Assembly: GCF_009914755.1 (NCBI RefSeq)
Contig: NC_060928.1
From: the human T2T-CHM13v2.0 reference genome, Homo sapiens
Length of the DNA: 64,000 bases
Reading direction: 5' to 3' (one strand)
How positions within the stretch are numbered: position 1 is the stretch's first letter; every line of letters starts with the position of its first letter. The notes beneath the pieces are model-generated. The model ran no database searches, had not been told where the DNA came from, and saw nothing but the letters and a program-made list of their open reading frames with translations. A program made the position numbers and the translations under genes. Below, in pieces: positions 32,099 through 47,859 of this stretch.

Positions 32099-32720
32099 AA
32101 TCAAAACCACATTGAGATACCATCTCACACCAGTCAGAATGGCAATTATTAAAAAGTATAGAAACAACTGATTCTGGTGAAGTGGTGGAGACTAAGGAAT
32201 GGTTTTACACTGTTGGTGGGAGTGCAAATTAGTTCAACCATTGTGGAAGACAGTGTGGTGATTCCTCAAATATCTAGAGACAGAAATATCATTTGACATA
32301 GCAATCCCATTACTGCATATATACTCAAAAGAATATAAATCATTCTATTATAAAGATATGTGAATCTGTATGTTTATTACAGCACTATTCACAATAGTAA
32401 AGACATGTAATCAACCTGAATGGCCATCAATGATAGACTAGATAAAGAAAATGTCATAAATATACACCATGGAATACTATGCAGCCATAAAAAGGAATGA
32501 GATCATGTCCTTTGCAGGGACATGGATGGAGCTGGGGTCTGTTGGGGTGCGTGGGAGGAGGGAGAGCATCAGGAAGAATAGCTAATGGATACCAGGCTTA
32601 ATACCAAGGTGATGGGCTGATCTGTGCAGCAAACCACGATGGCACACATTTACCTAAGTAAAAAACCTGCACATCCTGTGCATGTACCCCTGAACTTCAA
32701 ATAAAAGTTGAAGGGAAAGA
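32099..32720 (+). mobile_element. 5'-truncated L1PA (older, ~PA10-12-like) with internal deletion
   Basis: 16-bp TSD aagaatttcttgcctt at 32083-32098 and 32721-32736; 3' UTR 'gggagagcatcaggaagaatagctaatgg'. Confidence 0.94.
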
Positions 32721-32962
32721 AAGAATTTCTTGCCTTGTTCTTCTCTCACATTTTTCATTTATGTATTATTTTATCATTTACTTGAGCAAAAATGTGTTCC
32801 TAATAGCCTCCCTTAAGAATTACATAGAAATACTTCAGTCTTATTTTGTTGAGCTTATCTGTTTTCTAAAAATAGTATCAGTATAATATAATTCTCCAAC
32901 AGGAATTTTGCAATGAAAGCTGTAGTCATGTAGATCATGTAGATTAATAAATGTTAAGTGAC

Positions 32963-33243
<281 letters not shown>

Positions 33244-33539
33244 AAGTGGCTTTTTTTTTTTAAATGAACATTTCACTCTTAAAAAGGAAAATCTTAAACT
33301 TTCCTAAAAGTTAATCATTTATTTGTTGCTTTTTGTTTGGATACATGTTTGCTTCTGCTAGAATTTTCACACTATAATAGTTTGATATTATTGGCATAAC
33401 CAAGAGAAAAACGTTAACCTTTCTTGGGTAGGTATTTACTCCTCTTTATCCTGATCAGAAAAATACAGTACAACTGATTTCAGATGTCCTTATTCATTAA
33501 AAATGGTTTACCCAGGTTCTGACAGAAAACAGACTGGGG

Positions 33540-33735
33540 GGACATTAGCATTCTGGAATTAGATAAGACTATCTAGAGTCTACCACTCACTTGCTATGCA
33601 AAATTAGATATGGCTTTTAGACTCACTTTGCTTATCAATACAACAAAGATGATAATCTCTGTTTCATAGGCTCAGGTTCAGGTTTGAATGAAAGAATTCA
33701 TCTACCACCATAGTAAATAATAAAAGCTATCATAA
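33540..33735 (+). mobile_element. MIR
   Basis: 'ctggaattaga..taccactcacttgctatg..gataat..tcatagg'. Confidence 0.6.
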
Positions 33736-36109
33736 CAGCATCTATTTATATATGTAGATCATAACCTATATATATTGCTTTGTAGTAATAACTTTAAAGG
33801 CAAGTTTACTCTGGAACTCAAAGTTGGAGGAGTATAGGACTGGCCAGGAGGAACAGGGAAAGCTTTCTACTGGAATCTTAGGAAGGACTTCTGGTGATGA
33901 GCTGATCGGGTATATTTTTCACTGAGGAAAGAAAAAAGATGACTAACATTCACTTCCCAACTGAGAACCATTGCTCAATAAAGTATATTCTGTCCTTAGA
34001 AAGGGCTTCTGCCATGCAATGAGTCCTCCAGGAAATAAACTGAGCACTTGGCATAGAGGCTGCTTACACAGGAAAGAGTAATATCAGTTATCTCAATGAG
34101 TATTGTGAACTACTGTGAAGTCCCTACATGATAATGCCCCTTGATAGAGGTTTTGATGGTAAGCATTCACATTCACTGGAACAATTACATGTATCTTCAC
34201 CAGCCTAAGAGAACAAAAGATGCGTTATTACATACTGTGTGATGGGGTTTTGATTATCCATAGGGATTACTGCTGTTAATCCAACAACAACAACAAAATA
34301 ATTTTGTAGATTCTTTAGTCAGAGAGTGTGACACAAATAAGAAATGTCAGGAATAAATAAGTTAGGTTAAACTACTGTGCAAAATACTAGCTGGCATCAT
34401 GAAAATTGAGGAGTCATGAGAAATGTACAAAATATATAATAAGGGATGAACTCTATAAACTATGATACACAAAATTCAGTATGTGCCATATTTTATATAT
34501 ATATACCTTTACTTTTTAAGGTTAAACTTATATTTACCATATAGATATTCATACAAATATATTACCCAAATTAAAAAGATTTTAATAATGTTAAAAAAAT
34601 TATTTTTTCCTAAATATAAACCTAATCATAATTAGTGTGTGTACAACAATGTTGGTTAAGTCAATCTTCACAATTCTTTTGAGGATATCCTACAGTTTGG
34701 AAACAAAGATTGAGAATATTCTCAGAAATGTGGCTCCAGGTGGTAATATTAAAGAGAAGAGAGTCTGATTAAGCTCTAATTGTGGTATTAGGGGTAAATT
34801 AATTATATTACAATAAATATAAAAATTAAGATTAGCAAAGTTTTATGCTCTGGGCTGTGTAAACATAGGGCAATACTGCCATAAGGTGTCCTTGGAGAGC
34901 TTTCTATCTGGTACATTCAGAGCTACTCTGTATTCCCTTGAAATTTCACAAGAGAAGAAAATTACATATTCAGGTCCATAGGAATACATGGAAACAAAAC
35001 AAACTTCTCCTTTGAGCATAAAACAGACACATTTATTTCAATATAATGTCAGTGTTCTTGTTTGCAATCAGAATACTAAATAATAATTTGTTATAGAATT
35101 TATTATTAAATTGAAATTCAGATAAAGACAGAAATTTGCTATTAAGTATTCATTATATCAATGCCAAAAATATAGGAAGTGCAGGAAATAGATAAGTAGG
35201 TACCATTTGGTCCTAGGACTATACTTAAAATTTACAGAAAACGTAAGAAAATCCACCTTCTCTGAATCTTGTTTAATTGTAGGCTTTTTTCCTCTTCATA
35301 TGGTAACTAAGTCATTTTATATGGAGTGTAATACAGTGCTATTAGAGAAACAAATCATGTTGCACTAAAGTTAATTTTATCACATTTAGCTTTCTCACTT
35401 AGACTGGTAAAATACCACACGTCAAAATTAAATGCAATCCCAGTTACTGGACATTTTTTCCAACCTGTATTACAAAAGTGTGTACTATTTGGGCTGAGTT
35501 GGAAAAAATGGTTCAAAGAGGGTGAGGAAATATCACTAAAGAAACATCATCTAAATTTGAAAAAGCAATAAGGAAAAGGAATAAAACCAAGATATTTAAA
35601 ACTTTGCCCTTTAGTTGCGTTTCTTTTATTTTTAAGGGTTTATATGCATCATGCCATCCAGGAGCTTATAGTCTTATAGGGATAAAATATAAACCATAAT
35701 TAGCAATATATCAATAATACCAAGTACTAATTACTAATGGAAGCAAGAATGTAATCTTTTGAAGTTGAGGAAACAGTGATCTTAGTTCAATTTTGAAAAT
35801 TAGACAATTCTTGTGTACCCAAAGCAATATGAATTTTTCTTGAAAGATCACTTGGGCTTAATTTGTTGATATTGAACATAGAAGAAACAGCATGAGAAAA
35901 GGCATAGAGGTGGGCAAATGTGTTTGTATAAAAGGGTAGAAAATATCACAAACAAGTAGTTTATAGTTTTCTGTGATATTTTTCAAGGGAAATATTAATG
36001 ATTTAATTATAAAATTAAATAAATAATGATTTCTAAGAGCATCTGCATAGCATCAAAATGTGGTCATATTTAAAAAGCCATTTTGAAGCAACACTATGGT
36101 TTACTTATA

Positions 36110-37000
36110 TGCAACCATCAAACATTTATTGGGCATGTATTTTGCTAGGTACTCTTCTCAACCTAGAGATACAAAAGTGAAAAAAGCCAAATGCCTGTCT
36201 CTCTTTATAGAATTTATATTTTAACAGAGAAGAAAATGTATTTCTATTTACATCCGTAACTCATTTATTTGCATACTTGTGTGTGTGTGTATATATATAT
36301 ATATATAAATATGTATATATGTATACGTGTATGGCAAGCAAGTAAACAAATAATGTAAATACATATAGTAATAAACATCATAAGGAAATAAAACCAAGAA
36401 GTCAGACAGTAGATCTGGGTAGAAGGTAAAAAGGAAATCATGGATGAGTTGAGAAAGCTGAATGATTAAAGAAATGAGAATTGCAAAGGCATGGGGCAAG
36501 AGGGTTAGGCAGAGTACTCAAGGCTGTGAAGCCAGATTGTGGTTAGCATGCTGAAGGGAAGAAAAAACAGGCTAGTTTGAGTAATGCAGAGTAAATGTGG
36601 AATAATGAGATGAGAGGCAAGATAGATACAGAAGCCAGATGTATAGTCTGGGTTGATTATTGTGTGAAGCTTGGAATTTACTCTAAGAGCAACTGGAAAG
36701 CCATACATTGGGATATTCAAAGGTGGCAGGGGCATTTGACTTGCCTTTTGACAAGGTCATTGTGATGGTAAAGTTGGAAGCAGAGGGTGTCAAAAGACAC
36801 TGCTACAGTAAAGGTGAGAGGTGGAAGTTACTTGGACTAGGTGATCATGGTGAAAATGCTGAGAATTGATCAGATTCTCAAATCAGATACATATTTTAAA
36901 GGTGTTGACTAATGTATCTGCCGACAGATTGCACGTGAAATAGAAGGGAAAGAAGGGAGAAATCAGTATTTTCTGTGATTTGGTCTGAGTAACCTAGTGA
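36110..37000 (-). mobile_element. L2 (L2a-like) with embedded (TG)/(TA)n at ~36278-36332
   Basis: 'caaacatttattgggca..', 'ttggaatttactctaagagcaactggaaagcca', 'cttggactaggtg'. Confidence 0.8.
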
Positions 37001-37089
37001 AAATGTATTTAAATCCATTTGGAATTATTTTTTTCTAACACCAAAGTACAGTTCTTGGGGATCAATTATTTGTCGTATTCTTAACTGCT

Positions 37090-37405
37090 ACATTATACTT
37101 ATCTGGCTGGAATGCTACCCCTTCCAACTCATCACTCAGTCTTTTCATGGAGCTAACTGCTACTCATTCTTCATTACTTATTATAAACACATCTTTCCAT
37201 CAAATATATCTCTGCAAGCCTACATGAGTAGATTTTAACAAATTTATCTCTATTTTAATTATTTAATATTAAGTTTATTAATTTAATTATCACATCCCCA
37301 CTATGAAAACTCCAGAAGGGCAAAGATTATGTCTGTTTTATTCACAGATTATTTGCACTACTAGGACCTGGAAGACTATGGAAAGAGTACATTTTTATTG
37401 AGTAG
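37090..37405 (+). mobile_element. L2 3' end
   Basis: 'ctggaatgct..cttc', 'aactccagaagggcaaagattatgtctgttttattcac'. Confidence 0.7.
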
Positions 37406-37608
37406 CTAATTCTCTTTTTCTTCCTTGTCTCTTTTTTTCCCCAGTCCTTGATTTGGGGGTTTATATAATCTTCTTTCATCACCTTATGCTTTTCCCTATT
37501 TTGGTTAACTACTAGTCAGTTAACTGTTGAGGGGAAGAGGCTTTTAGCCTAACTTTCGGCAAACTACCAAATTCAAAGTTGTTCTGGGCAACAATTTAAG
37601 TTCCCTAC

Positions 37609-37982
37609 TGTTAAAATCTGAATGTCAATGTCTCCCACCTTAAATTCATATGTTGAAAGCCTAACCATAAAGGTGATAGTATTAGGAGGTGGGGCCTTTG
37701 GGGAGTGATTAGGTCATGAGACAAGAACCCTCACGGACAGGATGAGGGCCCTTATATTAATAAAAGAGGCCTCAGAGAGATCCCTATCCCCTTCCACCAC
37801 GTGAGGATAAAATGGGAAGTTAGCAGTCTGGAACCCAGAATAGAGCCCTCATCAGAACTGGACCATGTTGGCACCTGATCTTGAGCTTTTCAACCTCCAG
37901 AACTGTGAGAAATACATTTCTGCTGTTTATAAGCCACCCAGGCTATGGTATTTTGTTATAGCAGCCTGAATAGATTAAGACA
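37609..37982 (+). mobile_element. MaLR solo LTR, MLT1A-like
   Basis: TG...CA termini; 'aaattcatatgttgaa..ggtggggcctttgggg..cctccagaactgtgagaaata..tttataagccaccca..ttgttatagcagcctgaa'; degenerate 5-bp TSD cctac/tccac. Confidence 0.92.
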
Positions 37983-39646
37983 TCCACCTTGAAGGTCCTT
38001 GACTTACTTGTATCATTAAATTCATGAAAGGTATACTTAGAGAGCCCTTTCTATACCTAGGCACTATGATAGACACTGATGATAACATAGTGAGCAAAAG
38101 CAGGCATGATTTCTCCATTATGCAAATCAAAATCCAATGGAAGAGACAGATATCAATCCTACATTCCCATAAAATACACTTATCTGCAGTCTACTTTAGC
38201 TAACCTCTTCTAAATATACTATTTTAAACTTCTCCACCTTTGAAATGGTAATTCTAATTCTTTTTCTCAGACAACAAATCTGACTCTTGCTCCATTCTCA
38301 TTATATTAGCTCTGCACTGTGAATAAAGAGACTCCAATACATGACCATGTCTTTTACTTCTAGATGTGTGTCTTGCTTCTGCCTCTACTCCTTCCTGTCT
38401 CTTTCCTTGGCATTCCATGGAGCCTCTCTCCTGCCTAGAGCTTTATCTCCCTTAACAATTGCTTTCAGTCACAAACTTTTGTTAAACCCCATTCTGTAAT
38501 ACATTTATGTATCTTGCATTCTCTGTGCCTGTGGGAATAGTCCAATATTGCTGGGAAAAAAAAATCTCATATAAGTCTTAATCAGTGGCTTTGCAATTTA
38601 TGGTTTCACATCTTCACTGGGAAAACGTCTCAGTAGACGTCTTATGTGGTCCTGGTCAGGTCTCTCTCCCATTTCCATTTTCTCCAGGCAGCTCTCTTAG
38701 TACTGTTTCCTAGTTCCTTAGCAGACGATAGTCTTCCACTTTTAAAAACATTCATTCTATCAAAAATGAAACCCTTGACTTAGTACTGTGGTGCCTGGAA
38801 ATTTACCTATAGTCACAAACTTCCCTACTTATTTAATTTCTATCTTAGAGGAATAGATGGGAACTTCTACTCTGTCTCACATCCTATCACCCTCCTGTGG
38901 TTTAAACCAATGCTAATTTACAAACCTTTCTCAGCACTTGATCTTTTCTATTAGGTTCATTATACATTTCACCACCAGGTTAGCTTTAGAAAACCACATT
39001 TTATTGGGTTATATCCACTTCCAAAGACTTCCAAACATTTCTTTCAGTCTTTAGTGAATTTTCCAGTTTCTTCATTTGGTTACTAAAAGCTCTCTGAAAC
39101 ATAACTCAATGGTAATAACTGTTACTCTAAAATAGGAACTACTTTATACATTATTTTCCCAACATTCTGCATCTTTCAATATTTAAAAAAATATATACTT
39201 GCTCAATTTCCAAAATTTGAGAAAATGAATTCAAACTGATCAGCTATGTAAAACGTAGAGTATTAACTGCTGGAAAAAAATAATGAATAAAGAAGGCCTG
39301 TTCCTTATCACCATACATTCCTACTGCCTTTATTTCTATCTTAGAGGAATAGAAGGGAGGTATAGCAACCCATGTGAGGTAGCAGAGGCTTGAATACCAC
39401 GGATTAAGTGCTATTATGTTCATGTGCAGAGGGCTGCTGGAGTGTGTTGGAAGGAAGTAGGACTCAAGAGTGAAGTATTAAGGTGGGGTTTCAAGGAAGG
39501 CTTTGAAGATCAGATAACAATTAAATTAAGGACTACAGAACGAAATGAATGTATTAAATGGAAAAGGACATGGTAGGCAGAAAACAACAATGTATGCAAT
39601 GCTTTTCTCAGAAGTAATAGAGAGCATGGAATTTAAAATCTTGTTT

Positions 39647-39991
<345 letters not shown>

Positions 39992-40511
39992 TCAGAGATT
40001 AAGTTGAACTGGTAATAACGTTATCATATGCCATATTAAGGAGGTTGGGTGTTACAACAAAAGCATGGAAAGCTTTGAAGAATTCAAAGGTAATAGGTCA
40101 GACTTAAACTTTTCATATCAATCTGCTTCCAGGGTCGAGAAAATTTCCAGCGGCTTAAAACTGAAAGCAAGTTGCTGAATTAGCAGGAATCTATGTACAC
40201 GCGATGGTAACACACATCTAGGTATAGACACTGGAGCTCTACAATTGTTTGTCCTATGGATATGTAAAAATTAATCTAACCATTTCCCTAGTTTTTTACA
40301 TTTATATTCTATTTGGTGATTCTCTGAGAAGGGAGTAAAGCCTTTATTTTTTATAGACCATCTCATAACACTATACTTACATGGTCCACATTGCAAGAAA
40401 TGTTGAACCAAGTGTTGATTAGTTATGGGTAAATGCCTAGGTGTACCCTGTAATACAAGTACTCACCTCATAGCCCAAGAAATCTTGGAAAGATGTTGGA
40501 CAAGTATTACT

Positions 40512-40574
40512 TCTCTCCCTCTCTCTCTTTTCACCCCTCTCTCTCTCTCACACACACACATGCACACACACACA
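40512..40574. repeat. Compound (CT)n(CA)n microsatellite
   Basis: Direct reading. Confidence 0.9.
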
Positions 40575-40773
40575 AAATGCACAGCATATATTTCACAAAA
40601 AGATAATACCTTTAAAAGAAAATACGTTGTGTTCCTTTACAAGAAAACATGTTAAAACATAATTTACATATCTTTATTCAGTGAATTGTGTGCTACATAT
40701 TGTAAATATTTGTATTGATATTATCCTACTAGAGTGTATTATATCCTTTTTTCTTGTCATAAATCCTAAATGC

Positions 40774-41138
<365 letters not shown>

Positions 41139-42085
41139 GCCTAAATGCTAATTGAGTAATATCACTCAAATTACAGGAAATTTTCTGATATTGATCCTCA
41201 TTCAAATATGGTACAAAAATCCAGCAGTCCAATTTTGGGTAACATGAAAAATCCAGGTAGCATTATATTTTTTGATAGGTAGAGGCTGACTCCCTTTTAG
41301 ACTCTTGCTAGAGAAGCAGCTAAAGAATTTACTGGGCAGGATTCAACTTATTTCAAGCAATCTTTGGAAGCCGCTTTTTCACTTTAATTCTCTGATGATA
41401 AATGTGGTATAATAATAGTTGACAGCAAGATGGAAAGAAAATATATAAATACATAGAATAAACTACTCACAGAAAATCTGATCAATGCATGTGTCTGTGG
41501 CTAAGAAATCATTTTTCCCTTGATGCAAATTTAGTTCATTCCATCTCACTGAAAAGTAATGTAACATCATTACTCTTTCCTCACCTTGTAAAACTGACAC
41601 AGCATACTCAAGAGACTTCAGTTTCCCTCTTTGGGAGAAACTGTAATATTGAGATCAAATTAACCCTCAATGGGAATGAATTCTTTATGCAAATACTTGC
41701 AATTTAATAAACCGTAGAAAAACATTTTTAAAACTCTGTATTTATAGATAAAGTGTCTTTGATAATCTTTTAACAAATATTGTTTACTAACTTGTGATAC
41801 TTCATCATTGCTTTTTAGTAGTTAAAATAAGATGTAATAAGCACCAACATAAATGATTATTGTATTTATGAGTAAATATGACAGACTGTGAGCCTATAAT
41901 TATTCAGCAATTAATGGCTTTCCTATAGTAAAATATACAAGATTCAGCTGCTTTTACAATTTCAATTTTAAAGCAGTAATAACATCACTACCAAAATTAG
42001 GCAGGCAAAGTCTTGATATTGGAGATGATGCCATATTCAGTGTAGGCTGGAATGATTACAAGAAGTCACTATAAGAGAGAATGAA

Positions 42086-42414
<329 letters not shown>

Positions 42415-43904
42415 TCAACAGTTGTCCCTTGTCTCTTTTCTGAAAGAAGGTGAATAATTTACAAATGTACTTTTGTTATAATGAAAACTATCTGAAAAAT
42501 AAAAGCTGTAAATGTATGGATGAGTAAAAAATATATGTATTGCTAGTTCTCCATTAAGTATAAAATATTCTCCTCATCAAATATCAGTGATAACATTGCA
42601 GTCTGATTTGATCAAATTGGCTACAAATAATATAAAATAATACTTAAACATATGGAAAGCCCATTTTTTGCAGAAATTTCTACTCATCAGTAACAAAATA
42701 GTCTTCCATTTTTCTATCAGTTATAACATTTAACTATTCATATTTCAATGAACAAATGCATTCTAATTATAGCTATCTTTGTTAACAGGTATGAAGCAAG
42801 AACAATACAAGTGTAGTGTTAGGAAATTTATGGTTGTGCTTAGAGATAGGCAAATGATCTTGTTAGATGTAAACAGTGTATAATCATGATGAACAAGGTA
42901 GGTTTAATTAAGAGGACAGAAGACCTTGGGTTGCCAACTACTTTTTACTATATACAGTAAAATATTCATTTTGTTTAGTTTCAGGCAAGGGAAGTTTTAT
43001 CATCAAAGATGTGCAGGAGGGTGAATGCTTTTATTCGGGTCATGGGGAAAGTCAACACAAAAAGGAAAATAAAGCAGCAGGAGAATCAGTTTGTTGCAAT
43101 AGTTACAACAACAGAAATAGAGAACATTGCGAGGCATGATGGTAGCAGAATTGACAGACTGGATATGATGCGGGCAAAGAAAAGAGAATATCTGCATCAT
43201 AAACTCAACCTGTGTAAATAGCATAAAAGAGTTTGCCTTTTCCAATTCCTGGTTTCCACAAGAAGTGATTTTCCTCACCCTCCCTCACTTGTATTGGTTC
43301 CACACTTAATAGTTACTTATCTTGTTTGAAAATTTGCAAAGTATAATTTGATAACCTTGCCACAATTCTACCTAACTTTCCCTTGACGGCTACAGACCTG
43401 CCACCAGTGAGCCAACAGCCATTTCTCCAGGAGCCTTATTTCTTCTAGAGAAGGACTTCAGCACCGCTGGGAGGGGTCTGGCCACTTCTGGAGTCAGAGT
43501 TTTTGAGGCTGACAGGCTAACAAATTTAGAGCCATGTCTTCCAACCTTGATTTTATCAGTGAAAAAAATGGTGCTTGTTTGTTCTTGTCATTGTCTATTG
43601 TTTTTGTTGACATTTGTTATAACTCAAGGTGTTCTATTTAGTTGGAACCCCCATAAAGCTCCAAGAGTAGTGTCAACTTTTGTTTCTTCTGCGGACCTGT
43701 GGATTAGTTTGGTGTTGGACACATTATTTTAAACTTATCCTTTAGAAACAGATTACATCAAGCTCCATCCTGAAATACTTTGTAACCCCAGGACTTATAC
43801 TAGCATCCTGAGAGAAGCCACAAAATGATGTTATGAAGGAAGTAACGTAACACATTTCAGGTTCATTCTCACAGCAATGTGTAGTGGTGGCCGATTTTAT
43901 AATT

Positions 43905-44130
43905 TATTCACTGGCTTTGGGGTCAGGTGGATCAGGGCTTGAATCGCATCCCTGATTCTTAAAAGCCGTATGGTTAGAGACAATATCTAAGTCATGTGAA
44001 GCTCAGTTTATAAATCTGTACAATAGGGATATTATGACTAACCTCACAGGTTGTTGTGAGGATTAAATAACATAAAAATAAATGTAGCAATTATTCTAGG
44101 GCTGGGAAAATAGATTAAATTAAAGGCAGT
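43905..44130 (+). mobile_element. MIR
   Basis: 'ctcagtttataaatctgtacaataggga..acctcacaggttgttgtgaggattaaat'. Confidence 0.9.
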
Positions 44131-44221
44131 TTTAATTAATGTGAGGAGCCAAGCTAAATGTAGTGGGAAAGTTGGGAAGCTGGTGCAATATTAGACTGAA
44201 ATTATTTTAAAAGCATTAATG

Positions 44222-44563
<342 letters not shown>

Positions 44564-46096
44564 TTATGTTTATAATGTTAGTGAACTATCTTGGAATAGA
44601 TACCTAGCTATGGGACATAGTGTAAAGGAAGAAATGTTGTAATAATCAGAGATACGCAGAGTTACATAGAAAAGCAGAGTGATAAAAACAAAACCTATGC
44701 ATTTATATAAATGGACCAAAGGATAGAGCACAACATGAAAACAGGGCCAGTTTTTATTTTATCCCCTGGAGGGCACTTGTATGTATCAAGTGAAAAGAGA
44801 AGAGACACTAATAAAATACACAATGCTCAGAAGACAACCACAAAATCGCAGAAAACAATCAGAGACTGTCAAGAGATAAAAAGCGACCAAGAGTTTTAAG
44901 TACTTCTACAGAGAAATAATTGTAAAAACTATGGGGAAAAGTCCACATATCCCTTATGCAGTTTAAAATTAATTGTGCAAAGATCATTATTCAATTTATA
45001 AGTCAGTTGAAGAATAATTTGAAGCAAATCATAGGTTTAAGAATATCACCATGAAGTACATATAAAAGTAAATATAAACATACAATCAGTGATGTGCATG
45101 AAAGCACCTACTATTTCTACTCATTTATTAATCATATTCTAACCACAGTATGATTTTGAAAGCTCCTACTTATAATACACCGGGATGTCAGAAAAATCAT
45201 GATAAGACATAGAAGCAGTGAAATATTACCTTGTTACTATAACGTTACAATATCCAGATTTGCTTTCTTTACAGGATATTTCCATAACCTTTCAAAAGTC
45301 TTAAAAGCCTTCTGCCTTGATTTTAATTACAGTGAAAAAAATAGGCTGGTTTGACCTGTCAGGCTGCATATTCTCCTTAGATTGCTATATTATATTGAAA
45401 TTTACTATCTCTAGAATAGCAATAAAAAAACTTTAATTTTCTTTGCTGCCATTGCTTGAAACATGTTGGAAGTGCAAACAGGAATTATTTTACAAGAATA
45501 TTTAGTGGACTTCTCTTTCCAGCTGCTGCATATCTTTTTCCTAGCCAGCTATGTCAAAGAAATTATCCTACACAAAATGTACAGGTCACAGAAAATATCG
45601 TAGTTAGAAAAGAGGGGGCAGAACTGCTCACTGGTGTGAATACTTTTAAGTATTCTAAGTGCTTCCAGAAATTCTTCCTGGCTACTGGAGTAAGGATTTA
45701 CTTCTAGCTCACATCTTACCTGGAAGGTATTTTAGGAGTTGTTATTAGTTTGTCTCCAGAATGATGGTTCCCTTTTAAAAATTACACTCCAGACCCAACA
45801 TTGTCCATACAATATTCCCCAAGATTTAGGCAGTTTTTATGAAATTACTTTCTGGAACTTTACCAGAAATATTAATTTATTTTTATGAAACCCAAAAACT
45901 TTTTGTCTCTTCAGAAAAACTCTTTCTTCTCTTGGTTTCTGTGACACATGCCTTTCCTAATTTTCCTTTGTTCTCCCTCCAGACCTAGATGTCTGTAGAA
46001 CTTGTATGCCTGCTGAGACATTTCATAGGTCTTTTGATTTGATGTATCATGAGGTGTTAAATTTTTCATTTGGGTGTTTTATAGTGTTCTAAGCTG

Positions 46097-46098
<2 letters not shown>

Positions 46099-46153
<55 letters not shown>
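46099..46153. repeat. (GT)27 perfect microsatellite
   Basis: Direct reading. Confidence 0.98.
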
Positions 46154-46154
<1 letters not shown>

Positions 46155-47859
46155 TTTCAATCTTCACTCAATTCTCCAAAACTCTTGCCTCAGGTTTTTA
46201 CTACAGTATCAACTCTTTAAGATAGGGACTGAATCTTTTCAATATTTTAGCCCTCACATATTACCTGAATACTGAGTGAATTATTCAGTGTAGCCTTAAC
46301 AACAATTATAATTTTTATAAAATTATACTTTATTCTGATTAAATTTAGCAATCAAATTAAAATATAAAATATATGTATTACATACACATTTTTCTGCATA
46401 TTAAATGTTTTTACTGTAGCTTTCTAAAATATAATTGTTATTTTCTGCCCTATAAGACTAATGAGAGATGAACCCATTTGGAACTACATACCCTTGAGGA
46501 AATAAAGAAATAAATGATGATTTTTATAATTTATTAATTTATATGCAGCAATTAAGTGGTAACTTTTTCACTCTATCCTTAAGTTTTTCCACAAGAGAAA
46601 AGCAGGAAAGACAGCATCAAATGTAATTTGTAATTGGCTAGTAAAATGACTTCTCTTTCTCACATACTTGCCTATGGAAATATTTAGGTTTATTGTTAAT
46701 TCAAAGATAAAGGAAAATAGAATGATATATTCAGAGCCTCAGTTCAAATTCCAACTCCCTGCTTCATCTATTGAGGGCTTTTATCAAATGGGTTCAGTTT
46801 CATACATATATATTTTATATTCATACACATATATATTGCAGGTTACATAATATTATTATATTTGCATGTTTACCTACTATCTTGAAATTGGCTTTTAACT
46901 GAAATTACTTCTCTAAATAAACTATATACTCTCTTAAAGTTAATGCCTTAAGCAGTACAAGGTATTGATATATTTAATTTATCAGTATCTCAAATTACTA
47001 ATTACTAATCAATTTAATAAACACTTTCTGCATGATGGAAGTTGATATTTGAGACAAAGCATAAATAGGCAATATAAAGACAAAGAAATGCAAATATTTT
47101 AAATGTGTATGAATATTATGGTTAACTTTAGACCTAATAAAATACATCAAAATTATATGAAGGTTACATATATAACTATTTGCATATTACATGGGCAATG
47201 AAAAATAAGTGTGTTAATTTTTGACAAGATCCAAGTAAACTAGCATACTTAAATATTACTTGTGTAAAAATAATCTAGTAATGTCCATTATGGAAGAAAG
47301 AAAGGAACATCTAAGAGAGGCATTAGATATTCATAAACTTTGATTCCATAAACAAAGTAATAAGACCTTATTCTTACCAAAGAATTAAATATAGAGAAAA
47401 AAATCACATTCTAAGATGGTCTTTCAGTCATCTATTACAGACTTCATTTCAATCATTTCAGTCATCATTTCAGACATCTAAGATGGTCATCAATCATCTA
47501 TAATAAAAAATTATAGATGATTGATTATTGAGTAGTTAGGGTTTAATTCAATTAGGTCAATTTAATAGAATATTATGGAGACATTCAGTTATGTCTGTTT
47601 ATAAAGAACATAGGTGAACACATAAAAAATTAAAAATGAGAGAAGCATGATACAAATGTATCTACAGTATGCTCTCAACCACATTATATAGATAAAAGCT
47701 GCATCAGAAATATAAAGATAACCAATTTAGAATTTAATTAAATATGTAAATGTTTGAGGAATAGCAATAGCATAATTTTAACTAAAACAGGATTTTTTTA
47801 AAATTAGGGAAATAAATAAACATAGCTTTGAAATGAAATAGAAATACTTGTTGAATTTA

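Noticed and set aside
42960-43230. Exon-like purine-rich stretch with a 70-aa ORF
   Set aside because: Resembles a degenerate antisense L2; no convincing donor site or protein similarity
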